Origin: Pseudobacteriovorax sp.
Lineage (GTDB): Bacteria > Bdellovibrionota_B > Oligoflexia > Oligoflexales > Oligoflexaceae
Length of the DNA stretch: 64,000 nt
Direction: 5' to 3'
NCBI GenBank assembly: GCA_050293845.1
Contig: JBNKNM010000002.1
Coordinates: forward strand, 1 to 64,000
Part shown: positions 39,167 through 49,005 of the stretch, one piece after another
How positions within the stretch are numbered: position 1 is the first letter of the stretch
Layout of the letters: each line of letters starts with the position of its first letter
Notes under the pieces: generated by a model
The model's input: the letters and a program-made list of their open reading frames with translations, nothing else
What the model was told of the DNA's origin: nothing
The model's database searches: none
Translations under genes and position numbers: made by a program

Positions 39167-39643
39167 GTGGAAGATTTGCAGCGACTGACCTTTTTTGATG
39201 GTTCGAATTTTGCTACTTTTTTAGTAGCCATTACTTTAGCCACTGTACTAGTAAGTTTACTGAGTCAATGGATGTCTTTATGGCATGCTAAAAAGAAGCT
39301 TAAAAACAGGGGTAAGGATGGGCTATCACATGTTAAATTTAGGCTGGTCAAAGGGCATCAAGGGGAGACCCGCGTAGGATATCTGCGCTCAGTGACACCA
39401 GGCCATGCTACCCTGATTGCACCCCATGAAACGGTTCCGAAGGGTACTATATTAGAATTAAATCTCCCAGAAGTAGAGGCTGGGTTAGGTCATGTTAGCG
39501 TCAGGGGAAAGGTTACGAAGTCTCGTAGCTTAGGAGGAGAACCAGAAAACTGGCTTATTAATATCCAGTTTTTGGAAAAAAATGAACTCAGTTCCTCTGC
39601 TATTGTCAATTATCTTAAAAATTCAAAAAGAGTCCCAGAATGA
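39167..39643 (+). CDS. Membrane-anchored PilZ-like domain protein
   Basis: N-terminal TM; beta-barrel pattern (G.L..V...A, V.GKV...R, I.IQF). Confidence 0.65.
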   Translation: MEDLQRLTFFDGSNFATFLVAITLATVLVSLLSQWMSLWHAKKKLKNRGKDGLSHVKFRLVKGHQGETRVGYLRSVTPGHATLIAPHETVPKGTILELNLPEVEAGLGHVSVRGKVTKSRSLGGEPENWLINIQFLEKNELSSSAIVNYLKNSKRVPE

Positions 39644-40467
39644 TCGATGGAAGGACCCGGCTTCTGGGTGTGCTCGGGAATCCTGTAAGCCACTCCCAGT
39701 CCCCACAAATTCATAATTTTGCCATCCAGCAGTTGAACATGAACCATTGCTATGTCCCCCTTCATTACCAAGGGGATGATCTGTCATCGCTACTCCGCAG
39801 CTTATGGCAACTGGGTTTTGTTGGGGTAAATGTGACTTTGCCGTATAAAGAGGCTGTTGCCGGGGTTTTATCCACTCCCCTGAATGCTGTGAATACCCTT
39901 TATCGGAGAGATGCAGATTATTGGCAGTGTCAATCCACTGATGGCATTGGCTTCATCAGAAGCGTTGCGCGTATTCTCCCATGGGAAAAGCTAGAACAGG
40001 TTGTTATCTTAGGTAACGGTGGTGCTGTCCAATCGTTAATCGCTGCTTTGCACCACGATTACCCCCGGTTACCTTTTACTATTTTAAGAAGAAGCCCAGA
40101 AAAGGATAAACAGATTGCCACAGCCATAAGTTCTCCTATCGATTTTCGTTCCTTTACTGAAAATTCCCTTAAGGAAGCTGTCAACGGTAAGTATACTTTA
40201 CTGATTCAGGGAACAAGTGCTCCCGTCTATGGTCATGACTTAAAGGAACTAGTCCCTGCCTTGCAACATCTGCAGGGAGGATATTCAGACTTATGCTACG
40301 GCTATCCATCAGCTCTTTTGGATGAAGCCAGGCGTTTGGGAATACCACATCAGGATGGTCTTGGGATGCTGATTGAGCAAGCCCGAGAAGCTCAACTGCT
40401 GTGGTGGGGAAAAACCGTTTCTTATGATCGTCTTCTCCGCCATCTGCATTCCCTTAGTCCGGCTTAA
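39640..40467 (+). CDS. aroE: Shikimate dehydrogenase
   Basis: GNPVSHSQSP.IHN, G.NVT.P.KE, AVNT, TDG.GF, DGLGMLIEQA. Confidence 0.93.
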   Translation: MIDGRTRLLGVLGNPVSHSQSPQIHNFAIQQLNMNHCYVPLHYQGDDLSSLLRSLWQLGFVGVNVTLPYKEAVAGVLSTPLNAVNTLYRRDADYWQCQSTDGIGFIRSVARILPWEKLEQVVILGNGGAVQSLIAALHHDYPRLPFTILRRSPEKDKQIATAISSPIDFRSFTENSLKEAVNGKYTLLIQGTSAPVYGHDLKELVPALQHLQGGYSDLCYGYPSALLDEARRLGIPHQDGLGMLIEQAREAQLLWWGKTVSYDRLLRHLHSLSPA

Positions 40468-40873
40468 AATACAAATATTCACCAATCAATCCCAGGGGGT
40501 CCCTAAAGTACACACTCCGGCCATCACGCCGATCATAGGGACCTTTCAATATTTCAATGTTATTGGTTTCGAGGAATGCGGTGAAACCATCAACCTCTTC
40601 TGGAGATTGGGCGTAAAATCCATAGTGATCTAGATGCTGAAATCCGGCTTTATTTTGGTAGGAGCTTTCCGCACCATGTTCTGGTTTGTTTACAGCCATG
40701 CGCGGAGTTTTCACAGCTAGCACGTCCGCCCCTGCCAAGAAAAAAAACAGCTCGCCGCGATCTTCGATGAGTTTTAAGCCGAGAGTTTCGATAAACCAGT
40801 GTCTAGCTAAGGAAATATCTTCTACGACGATGCCCAAGTGATTAAGGCCTGTTATGGAAAAAGTTCTAGACAT
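40454..40873 (-). CDS. VOC (glyoxalase-like) family protein
   Basis: LNHLGI.V.D, LDHYGF, SVYFRDP.G...E. Confidence 0.9.
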   Translation of the reverse strand: MSRTFSITGLNHLGIVVEDISLARHWFIETLGLKLIEDRGELFFFLAGADVLAVKTPRMAVNKPEHGAESSYQNKAGFQHLDHYGFYAQSPEEVDGFTAFLETNNIEILKGPYDRRDGRSVYFRDPLGLIGEYLYFKPD

Positions 40874-40915
40874 TTTATCCCCCTATGGTATAGGCCCCCA
40901 AAGTTGGGGAGGTGT

Positions 40916-41968
40916 ATGCTAAGTCGCTCAGAACTTAAAAAATTATTTAGCGAACATGGGTTGCGATATTTAGGGTTCGTACCCCTTAAGGCTGATCATA
41001 AAAGCTTTGCAAGGTTCCAGCAATGGATATCCCAGGGATGTCATGGAGAGATGGGCTACCTCGAAAAGAATAGCCAATTTCGCTTGGACCCAGGGCAGCT
41101 CGAGCCTGGTTTAGATGGGGCTATTATTCTGGGACTGCCTTACTATCATCGTCAGAACGCTGAAGGAGCAAACATTGCGCGATATGCAGTCATGGACGAT
41201 TATCATAAGTTGATGCGCCGACGAGCGGCGCGGGCTATCACGACTCTAAAGGAGCTGATACCTCAAATAAAATCGACGCGGATCACCATTGACTCAGCAC
41301 CCCTATTGGAACGCTCCTTAGCCGCTAAAACCAGGCGTGGATTCATTGGTAAAAATACCTGTTACATACACCCCGAATACGGTAGCTTTTTATTGCTGGG
41401 AGAAATTCTGCTAACAGCGGTCTCCTTTCCACAGGAAGAGCGGCATGATGTGAACCCAGCCATGCGACGTCCAGAGGGTGGCTGTGGAACTTGCAAAAGG
41501 TGCCAGGTTTTTTGCCCCACGGGCGCATTGGATCAAGATTATCGTCTAGATGCACGATTATGTCTTGCTTACTGGACCATCGAACATCGCGGAGCGATTC
41601 CCTTAAAATTCTGGAAATATTTAAGTAAGTACTGGTTTGGTTGTGATATATGTCAGAATGTCTGCCCATATAATCGTAATCTTGAAGAGCAAGACAACGC
41701 TTTGCCACTTAAGTCTCATTTAAAAAATGTCTCTTTGGCGGCAGTAGCTACTATGGATCAGTCGTTTTATGAGGAGACTTTTGCTGCTACCCCATTGACG
41801 CGGGCCAAAAAGCAAGGCTTACAGCGCAATGCTCTTATCAGCCTTGTGGTATCGGACTCTCCTGATGTAACAGCTGTACTAAAGACTCTGAGAGCGCGCC
41901 GTGATAATCATCCTACGGTCATAGCAACGCTTGAACAAGTCGACTTGTGGTATCGCTCAAGACAGTAA
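40916..41968 (+). CDS. queG: Epoxyqueuosine reductase
   Basis: IARYA...DYH, DSAPLLER, GFIGKN, CGTC.RC...CPTGA, GCDICQ.VCP.N; start moved to the ATG behind GGAGG. Confidence 0.95.
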   Translation: MLSRSELKKLFSEHGLRYLGFVPLKADHKSFARFQQWISQGCHGEMGYLEKNSQFRLDPGQLEPGLDGAIILGLPYYHRQNAEGANIARYAVMDDYHKLMRRRAARAITTLKELIPQIKSTRITIDSAPLLERSLAAKTRRGFIGKNTCYIHPEYGSFLLLGEILLTAVSFPQEERHDVNPAMRRPEGGCGTCKRCQVFCPTGALDQDYRLDARLCLAYWTIEHRGAIPLKFWKYLSKYWFGCDICQNVCPYNRNLEEQDNALPLKSHLKNVSLAAVATMDQSFYEETFAATPLTRAKKQGLQRNALISLVVSDSPDVTAVLKTLRARRDNHPTVIATLEQVDLWYRSRQ

Positions 41969-41978
41969 TCTCGTTGAT

Positions 41979-42002
41979 TTTGAAAATGCTGACATTTTCA
42001 AA
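41979..42002. terminator. Hairpin between convergent queG and tRNA-Leu
   Basis: TTTGAAAATG-CTGA-CATTTTCAAA perfect 10-bp inverted repeat. Confidence 0.45.
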
Positions 42003-42039
42003 TTTCTGATAGGGATAGGGAACGAACTGTGTTTTGGGA

Positions 42040-42126
42040 TGGTGCTCAGAACTGGACTTGAACCAGCACGGCCATACGGCCACTAGCCCCTCAAGCTAGC
42101 GTGTCTACCAATTCCACCACCTGAGC
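42040..42126 (-). tRNA. tRNA-Leu (anticodon GAG)
   Basis: GCTCAGG acceptor stem, D-loop TGGTAGAC, CTAGC-TTGAGGG-GCTAG anticodon arm, long variable arm, GTTCAAGTC, encoded CCA. Confidence 0.97.
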
Positions 42127-42138
42127 AGGGAGAGAAAA

Positions 42139-42477
42139 TTACTTGGGCTCAGTATTCTCTACGGGAGTTGCCTGAGTATCTTTGGTTTCAGTGCTTTCCT
42201 CTTGCTGAGCTGCTTGTTCGAGGCGTTCAGTCAGGCCAGTTTTGCCCGATGTACCTTGAATGACAGACAGAGAAACACTAGTCACCATAAAAACAGCAGC
42301 AACAGCGTAAGTCATCTTTCCTAGGAAGTTTTGAGCGCCTGTGGCACCAAAGACACCCTGAGAATTGCCACCGCCGAACGCTGCACCGACACCTCCGGAG
42401 TTACCTCCTTGGATAATTATGACTAAAATCATAAATAGAGCAGCTAAAATATGTATTACTGTAATTAAGGTTTCCAT
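42139..42477 (-). CDS. secG: Preprotein translocase subunit SecG
   Basis: Two TMs, Q.G..G.GAAFGGG.S..FG; followed by tRNA-Leu(GAG) as in the conserved secG-leuU arrangement. Confidence 0.96.
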   Translation of the reverse strand: METLITVIHILAALFMILVIIIQGGNSGGVGAAFGGGNSQGVFGATGAQNFLGKMTYAVAAVFMVTSVSLSVIQGTSGKTGLTERLEQAAQQEESTETKDTQATPVENTEPK

Positions 42478-42493
42478 TCATCCACCATGATAA

Positions 42494-42569
<76 letters not shown>

Positions 42570-42756
42570 ACTTCCCAAAGGGAGTTAAGTAATTAAATCT
42601 TTATCAATTCTAAGTCAATAGCTGTTTAAGAAAAAATTGGAAATTATCGCTGCTTGGTACGCCAGATATTATTAATCGCCGTATATAATTGGCCAAGCAG
42701 CTCACAACTTGATACTTAGGCAAGTGTAGATCAATTTTCAAGTAAAGGGATTATAG

Positions 42757-43446
42757 GTGAATAAAACGATAAAAAAATGGGCTATTGTGTTGGTTGGACT
42801 AGCACTCATTACAGTTTTCTTTGCTACAGGAACCCACCATTATTTGACACTGGAAGCTCTTAAAGAGCAGAAGATTGCTATCGATAGTTTTTATCAATCG
42901 CATCGCTTACTGACCATGTTCCTGTACTTTACGATCTATGTTGCTGTCACTGCCTTGTCCTTACCCGGGGCAGCTATTCTCACCCTGGCTGGTGGTGCTG
43001 TGTTTGGGTTGGGGATGGGGACCGTCATCGTTTCTTTTAGCAGTACTATCGGTGCCAGCTGCGCCTTTCTTGTGGCCCGCTACCTCTTTCAAGACACGGT
43101 GCAAAATAAATTTGGCGATAAGTTAGAAACGATTAATAAGGGAATTCGTGAAGAAGGAGCCTTCTACTTGTTTACCTTGCGACTGATCCCCGCATTTCCT
43201 TTTTTCATGATTAACCTACTGATGGGAATGACCTCCATCAGACTCATAACCTTCTTCTTTGTCAGTCAAGCAGGGATGTTACCTGGCACCATCGTATATG
43301 TTAATGCAGGGACCCAGCTAGGAAAACTGAATTCCCTAAAGGATATTGGTTCCCCGGAACTCTTAGGGTCGTTTATACTTCTTGGACTCTTCCCTTTGAT
43401 TGTGAAAAAATTGATGGGGCGAGTACGTGCACAGCGATCAAAGTGA
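42757..43446 (+). CDS. TVP38/TMEM64 (VTT/DedA) family membrane protein
   Basis: LSLPGA..LTL.GG..FG, LRLIP.FPFF.IN, GMLPGT.VYV.AG. Confidence 0.92.
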   Translation: MNKTIKKWAIVLVGLALITVFFATGTHHYLTLEALKEQKIAIDSFYQSHRLLTMFLYFTIYVAVTALSLPGAAILTLAGGAVFGLGMGTVIVSFSSTIGASCAFLVARYLFQDTVQNKFGDKLETINKGIREEGAFYLFTLRLIPAFPFFMINLLMGMTSIRLITFFFVSQAGMLPGTIVYVNAGTQLGKLNSLKDIGSPELLGSFILLGLFPLIVKKLMGRVRAQRSK

Positions 43447-43454
43447 GGGGTGTG

Positions 43455-43670
43455 ATGGAAAGGCGTAGAAACGAAAGATGTCCCGTATGCCAGGGTCCTG
43501 TGAAATGGGATGATGAAAGGCTAGTTTGTCGTAATTCGTTATGTTCTTTTAATCATGAACACGTGGTTTGCCCGCGCTGTTCGACTAAAGGAAACAGTGA
43601 GCCATCTGGTTATAGGGATGATGAGATCGACTACATTTGTCGTGATTGTCAGTATCAGTTTTCGGGATGA
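43455..43670 (+). CDS. Small double zinc-ribbon protein
   Basis: CPVC, C-x4-C, CPRC, CRDC; GAGGGG RBS before ATG 43455. Confidence 0.7.
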   Translation: MERRRNERCPVCQGPVKWDDERLVCRNSLCSFNHEHVVCPRCSTKGNSEPSGYRDDEIDYICRDCQYQFSG

Positions 43671-43688
43671 AGTGATGAAGTGGTGGGT

Positions 43689-44963
43689 TTACCCACCGCC
43701 TACATTGTTAGCCATATCGAAGATGGGTAGATACATGGCAATGAGAATAAAACCAACAATACTGCCAATGACAATAATCATAACCGGCTCTATCATTGAC
43801 ATCATGGCTGCAATGGCATTATCTACTTCATCTTCGTAGATTTCCGTTACTTTTGCTAAGGTTTCATCCAGGGTCCCCGTAGACTCACCCACGGCGACCA
43901 TAGAACTGACTATTTTGGGGAAAAGTGGGGAATCCTGCAAGGGGTCAGAGAAGTTTTGCCCCTTTGAAATTTCCTCTTTGACTTGAATGACAAATTCTTC
44001 AATACGCTTGTTGCCTGAAGATGAAGCGCAGATGTCAAGGGCATCGAGTATGGCCACTCCAGAACTAAGCATTGTCGACATGGTTGCGCAAAATCGACCT
44101 ATAGAGATTTTCAGTATCACCTCACCCAGTATAGGAACTTTCAAGATATAAGTATCAAAAATTTTGCGACCCTTTGCAGTGCTGTGCCAATACTTAAAAG
44201 TGATAAAGGAACCTAAAAGGCTGAGTATCCCCATGTCCCAATTTCCCATAATGAAATTTGAAGCATCCAAAACGTATTGGGTCACAGCGGGTAAGGCATT
44301 ACCACTTTCTTCAAATTGTTTCGCAAAGGATGGTACGACAAAGACTAGCAAGACAGTGATAACAATCACAGAAACAAGCAAAATAATGATCGGGTAAGTC
44401 ATAGCTGATTTGACTTGAGACTTAAGCTTTGCAGATTTTTCGATATACTTGACCAACTGCTTGAGTATTATGTCAAGTTTTCCTGAGGCTTCTCCTGCAC
44501 GAGTCATAGCAACATAAAGCGAATCAAATACGTTGGAATATTGATCCAATGCATCGCTCAAGTTGGAACCCTGCTCTATGGAGCTAGATATATTAGCAAT
44601 AATATCTGCAAACTGCTTATTCTTCTGTTGATCCTTTAGAAGCTGTAATGCTTGAAGCATAGGAATGCCATTTTCGATCATCAAAGAGAATTGCTTGGAA
44701 AATAAGGCTAATTCTTTGGTGTTAGGAAGATTTTCACCAATCTGAATTTGGATGCGCCCTTGTTTATCCTTGTATATAAAACGTTGGATGCCTTTGCGTG
44801 AGCTGCTACTGTGTTTGCTGTCGTCAGTGCAAACAACAACCCTTATCGGTCGCATTCTTTTGCTAGCAAGAATATTCATAGCCCTTGGTTTATTGGGAGC
44901 ATGCATTTCACCAGTGATTATTTTTCCTTGCATATTCCGGGCTTTATAGGAGTATTTCGGCAT
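43689..44963 (-). CDS. pilC: Type IV pilus inner-membrane platform protein PilC
   Basis: Two T2SSF domains; GEASGKLD, SAMTYP, GESTGTLD, IEP, AMYLPIF. Confidence 0.95.
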   Translation of the reverse strand: MPKYSYKARNMQGKIITGEMHAPNKPRAMNILASKRMRPIRVVVCTDDSKHSSSSRKGIQRFIYKDKQGRIQIQIGENLPNTKELALFSKQFSLMIENGIPMLQALQLLKDQQKNKQFADIIANISSSIEQGSNLSDALDQYSNVFDSLYVAMTRAGEASGKLDIILKQLVKYIEKSAKLKSQVKSAMTYPIIILLVSVIVITVLLVFVVPSFAKQFEESGNALPAVTQYVLDASNFIMGNWDMGILSLLGSFITFKYWHSTAKGRKIFDTYILKVPILGEVILKISIGRFCATMSTMLSSGVAILDALDICASSSGNKRIEEFVIQVKEEISKGQNFSDPLQDSPLFPKIVSSMVAVGESTGTLDETLAKVTEIYEDEVDNAIAAMMSMIEPVMIIVIGSIVGFILIAMYLPIFDMANNVGGG

Positions 44964-44966
44964 ATG

Positions 44967-46055
44967 TTAGCCCCGCCTCATAGTGGATTTTTGAGACTTA
45001 TGGATTAATTCGCTCAGCTCATCGGGATTTGTGGCGAAGGTAAGGGCCTGACTGGGAGATAGGTAACGCTGGGAAACCATTCTTGCAATAGCTTGGTTCA
45101 TTGTTTGCATTTGACTATTAGCCTGTCCCGATTGCATAGACGAGTATATCTGATTGATTTTACCTTCGGTAATAAGGGCGCTTATAGCAGGCGTTTTGAC
45201 CATAATTTCCATACCTAGAGCCCGGCCCCCTTGATCTAAAGGGATCAAAATTTGACTGAACACAGCTTCTAGGGTCATTGCCAATTGGGTTCTGATTTGC
45301 GCTTGCTGATGGGGAGGAAAGGCATCAACAAGGCGATTGATACTGGAGATAGCTGAATTCGTATGAAGCGTTCCAAAAACAAGGTGTCCGGTTTCTGCTA
45401 GGGTTAAGGCAGAAGATATGGTTTCGAGATCGCGCATTTCGCCAACCATGATAATGTCAGGGTCTTGGCGCAACACGCTTCTAAGCGCTTGGGAAAAGCT
45501 GTGGGTGTCTCCTCCGATTTCACGCTGGTTAACGATGCAGTTTTTGTGATGGTGAACAAACTCTATGGGGTCTTCTATGGTTACAATATGACTATAGCGT
45601 GTCTCGTTGATATGATTAATAATAGCGGCTAAAGTTGTTGACTTACCTGATCCTGTTGGTCCTGTAATTAAGATTAATCCGCGATGCAAGGAACATATCT
45701 TTTCGAAGATTGGTGGCAACCCTAGTTCGAGGAATGAGTATAACTTGCTGGGAATAGAGCGAAAGGCACCGGCTATGGTGCGCGATTCCCAATAAATATT
45801 AGCACGAAAGCGGCAGAGGCTTTTTACCGAAAAAGCCAGGTCGATTTCCTTATTTTGCTCCAGAGTTTTCTTTTGGCTTTCGGTTAATACACTATAACAA
45901 AGCTCCTGGGATTCTTCAGGGGTCAAGGGAGGAAGATTTAAAGGGATAATCTGACCATCAATGCGCAAACGCGGTGGCGAGCCAGCCGATATATGGAGAT
46001 CGCTGGCTTTCTGGTCTATCAATGTTTTAAATAATTGGGGTAGAGTGTACTCCAC
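44967..46055 (-). CDS. pilT: Type IV pilus retraction ATPase PilT
   Basis: ASDLHI, GPTGSGKSTT, TIEDPIE, LRQDPD, AETGHLV.GTLHT. Confidence 0.96.
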   Translation of the reverse strand: MEYTLPQLFKTLIDQKASDLHISAGSPPRLRIDGQIIPLNLPPLTPEESQELCYSVLTESQKKTLEQNKEIDLAFSVKSLCRFRANIYWESRTIAGAFRSIPSKLYSFLELGLPPIFEKICSLHRGLILITGPTGSGKSTTLAAIINHINETRYSHIVTIEDPIEFVHHHKNCIVNQREIGGDTHSFSQALRSVLRQDPDIIMVGEMRDLETISSALTLAETGHLVFGTLHTNSAISSINRLVDAFPPHQQAQIRTQLAMTLEAVFSQILIPLDQGGRALGMEIMVKTPAISALITEGKINQIYSSMQSGQANSQMQTMNQAIARMVSQRYLSPSQALTFATNPDELSELIHKSQKSTMRRG

Positions 46056-46058
46056 TTG

Positions 46059-47786
46059 CTATGCAGCTCCTTTATTCCTGTTATCACTATCTGAAGCTGT
46101 GTTTTTTACCACTTCCAAAACATCGATTTCACCTTGACTCAGTTTTACGAGAGCGTTCTGTCTTAGGGTTCTCATTCCTTCTCGGATAGCGATCTCCTTG
46201 AGTACCATGGCGGGTTCTCCTCGCATAATGGCGCTACGGATCTCATCGGATATCACCATGACTTCATGAATGGCTACTCTCCCCTTGTAACCAGTTCCAC
46301 TACATTGTTCACAACCCATGCCTTTATATGTTTTGAAATTACTGACATGTTGAGGGGGGACACCGAGTTCCAATAAATATTCAGTTTTGGAAGAGTGATC
46401 TAATGCACGGCATTTTGTGCAGATTTTCCGAGATAAGCGCTGAGCGACAATAGCATTTAGGGAGGAAATCAAATTAAAAGATTCTAGTCCCATATTCTGT
46501 AGGCGGATCACAGTATCAGCAGCAGAATTCGTATGGAGTGTTGATAGTACCAGATGTCCGGTCAATGCTGCTTTGATAGCAATTTCACCAGTCTCAAGAT
46601 CACGAATCTCGCCAACCATGATAATATCGGGGTCTTGACGGAGAAAAGCACGCAATGCTGAGGCGAAAGAAAGGCCGATTTGTGAGTTGATATGCACCTG
46701 ATTGATACCATCGATGGTGAACTCAACGGGGTCCTCCGCTGTCATAATATTTTCTGAGACCTTATTGAGATCTGAAAGAGCAGAGTATAAGGTTGTAGTT
46801 TTTCCTGAACCAGTGGGTCCTGTGACCAAGACCATACCAAATGGTTTGTGAATAGCCTTTTTAAATCTTTCGAAATCATCAGATTCAAACCCTAATTTAG
46901 TCAGATCCACATTGAGGGCTGACTTGTCTAAGATCCGTAGCACAATCTTTTCGCCAAACACGGTCGGCAGTGTATTAACCCGAAAGTCAATAGGGCGGCC
47001 TGAGATGGTGACGCTAATGTTTCCATCTTGAGGCAGTCGTTTTTCTGCAATGTTGAGGCCAGCCATGATTTTAAAACGACTGGTGATAGGGGCTTTAAAT
47101 TGGGCTGGGGGACGGGCTATTTCGAGCAAAGCTCCATCGACTCGTAAGCGCACTCGTAAGAAATTCTCATAGGGCTCAAGGTGAATATCGGAAGCACCTG
47201 TAGAGACACATTGTAGCAGAATCTGATCAACAATTTGGATAACAGGACCCGATTCTTCAGAAACACCCTCGCTAATGGTAGTGCGTTTGTCGGCTTTTTG
47301 TTTTACTCCTGTTCTAAGGCTGGAAGCATTGTCCTTGCTAAGTTTGTCAATATCCATACCTTGCACCCGATAGTACCTTTCCAGGGCACGAGTAACTTGT
47401 GATTCGCTGGCAAGTACCGGCTTAGCAACAAATCCTGTTTTGAAGCGAATAAGGTCGATAAGCTTCAGGTTATGGGGGTTTTCAAGTGCTACAATAATGT
47501 TGTTGCCCACGCGGTCCAGGGGAATAATACGTGATTTGCGTGCAATATCAGTGGGTACAAGCTCAATGATGCTCTTGGGGATGTCCATGGCATCGAGATT
47601 GGCTATTTTTATCTTAAAACTATGGGAGTAGGCCCCTAGGAGCAGGCGTTCTTCAGCAGCTCCCATACGATTCAGGGCATGGACTACTAAAATTCCTTGC
47701 TTTTGCCCAAGGGCTTCCGCCTCGGCAAAAATTTGCGGAGGAACTTTTAACTGATTGATGACAATCTCTTTAAATGAACTTTTCAC
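46059..47786 (-). CDS. pilB: Type IV pilus assembly ATPase PilB
   Basis: N-terminal GspE domain, ASDIH.EP, GPTGSGKTTT, LRQDPD, tetracysteine (CTKC, CEQC). Confidence 0.96.
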   Translation of the reverse strand: MKSSFKEIVINQLKVPPQIFAEAEALGQKQGILVVHALNRMGAAEERLLLGAYSHSFKIKIANLDAMDIPKSIIELVPTDIARKSRIIPLDRVGNNIIVALENPHNLKLIDLIRFKTGFVAKPVLASESQVTRALERYYRVQGMDIDKLSKDNASSLRTGVKQKADKRTTISEGVSEESGPVIQIVDQILLQCVSTGASDIHLEPYENFLRVRLRVDGALLEIARPPAQFKAPITSRFKIMAGLNIAEKRLPQDGNISVTISGRPIDFRVNTLPTVFGEKIVLRILDKSALNVDLTKLGFESDDFERFKKAIHKPFGMVLVTGPTGSGKTTTLYSALSDLNKVSENIMTAEDPVEFTIDGINQVHINSQIGLSFASALRAFLRQDPDIIMVGEIRDLETGEIAIKAALTGHLVLSTLHTNSAADTVIRLQNMGLESFNLISSLNAIVAQRLSRKICTKCRALDHSSKTEYLLELGVPPQHVSNFKTYKGMGCEQCSGTGYKGRVAIHEVMVISDEIRSAIMRGEPAMVLKEIAIREGMRTLRQNALVKLSQGEIDVLEVVKNTASDSDNRNKGAA

Positions 47787-47818
47787 CGATCACCGAAGTT
47801 TAAGGTTCTTGCTCCCTG

Positions 47819-47845
47819 TGATCGGGATAATCTACTAAAGCTTTA
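47819..47845 (-). promoter_or_regulatory. Putative sigma-28 (FliA) promoter for pilB-pilT-pilC
   Basis: TAAAGCTT-N11-CCCGATCA versus consensus TAAAGTTT-N11-GCCGATAA, about 30 nt upstream of the pilB start. Confidence 0.6.
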
Positions 47846-47896
47846 ACTATATCCAAGATCTGAATATATGATTATGATGGGCATCTCACATTTTGA

Positions 47897-48610
47897 CTAA
47901 ATAGTATCTTCCAGATAAAACTTTTTGGGGTCAACATGAACATGGCGACTTTGCCTTAACTGCTGTCGCGCAAGCTTATGCAGGAAGGCATCTAGCTGAA
48001 AGTCTTCCTGAGTAATGGCTTTTTTGACTTGACGTCGAATTGTACGGTAGGCTTTGTAAGGGTGAAAAATGATTCCCTTACTGAGATAATAGCGATCTTC
48101 TAGCTTATAAATATAGCTTTGAAATATGTCACTTTTAGAAATTCCGTCAAGCCGCTCATCAGGTCTTGCTGATACAGTATATTTATGGCCCTTGATAAGG
48201 CTTCTGATATTCAGTGATTGGCTTCCAATTTTAGTGACGCAAAAAACAGAATGCTCTATGGGCTCTATAGATACCTTATTGAGTCCGTCAGTATAGGAGG
48301 TGTAGGGTGTTTTTCCTTGGTAATCAGATAGTAATTCAACGGGTCTATCAAAAAGAAAATGATCAATGAAATAACTGATGCGACTTTGGAAAAAATAATC
48401 ATCGACAAAAACTTTTCCAGTTTTCCAATAGAACTGTTCTTTAGCTTTGACCAGCTGTTCAGAGCCAAAAGTCTGATATGCCCATAGTAGAAGCTTTTCG
48501 ATTTCTTTTTCAACAAGGGAGTCTGTGTCACCACCTACGGCATCATCGATAGCCAGTAGTTTGTAGGTTGAGACTTTTTGGTTAACTTCTATTGTTTCAG
48601 TAGACACCAT
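47897..48610 (-). CDS. Conserved hypothetical protein
   Basis: 237-aa ORF with pattern AKE.F...TG..F.DD..F..R...F.D.FLFDR. Confidence 0.8.
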   Translation of the reverse strand: MVSTETIEVNQKVSTYKLLAIDDAVGGDTDSLVEKEIEKLLLWAYQTFGSEQLVKAKEQFYWKTGKVFVDDYFFQSRISYFIDHFLFDRPVELLSDYQGKTPYTSYTDGLNKVSIEPIEHSVFCVTKIGSQSLNIRSLIKGHKYTVSARPDERLDGISKSDIFQSYIYKLEDRYYLSKGIIFHPYKAYRTIRRQVKKAITQEDFQLDAFLHKLARQQLRQSRHVHVDPKKFYLEDTI

Positions 48611-49005
48611 TCTAGAACCTTTTCTCCAAGGACAGGTATTCTAAATCGTAAGGGTACCCAAATGTACATGATTCCCTTACCACAAGCTTGCTCAAGTAGC
48701 GAAAGATGAGTGGTCTCGTTATTTTCGTCCTGATTCATTATTATGTCATCTATTGGGATATAAATGCCATAATCTAAATAATGCTTCTGCACTTTTCTTT
48801 TGGTATCCAAGTAATTTAAGCTACTTACACTTGAAAAATCAGGAAGATTATAGGATGCAGATACGGCAATGATTGCCGGCCGACAACTACTATAAATGGC
48901 AATTAAAATCGGTATAAGCGAAAGGATCATCCATCCTTTTTTTTTAACGCGTGAATTAACAGCATTTAGAAATTTTCGTGGTGACCTTATTGCTTCTGAT
49001 TCCAT
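48589..49005 (-). CDS. Hypothetical membrane-anchored protein
   Basis: N-terminal basic stretch plus TM; overlaps both neighbours in operon fashion. Confidence 0.65.
   Translation of the reverse strand: MESEAIRSPRKFLNAVNSRVKKKGWMILSLIPILIAIYSSCRPAIIAVSASYNLPDFSSVSSLNYLDTKRKVQKHYLDYGIYIPIDDIIMNQDENNETTHLSLLEQACGKGIMYIWVPLRFRIPVLGEKVLEWCLLKQ

Noticed and set aside
40454..40873. VOC protein as methylmalonyl-CoA epimerase completing the mutase pathway
   Set aside because: Lacks recognisable epimerase-specific motifs and is unlinked to scpA; best left as generic VOC
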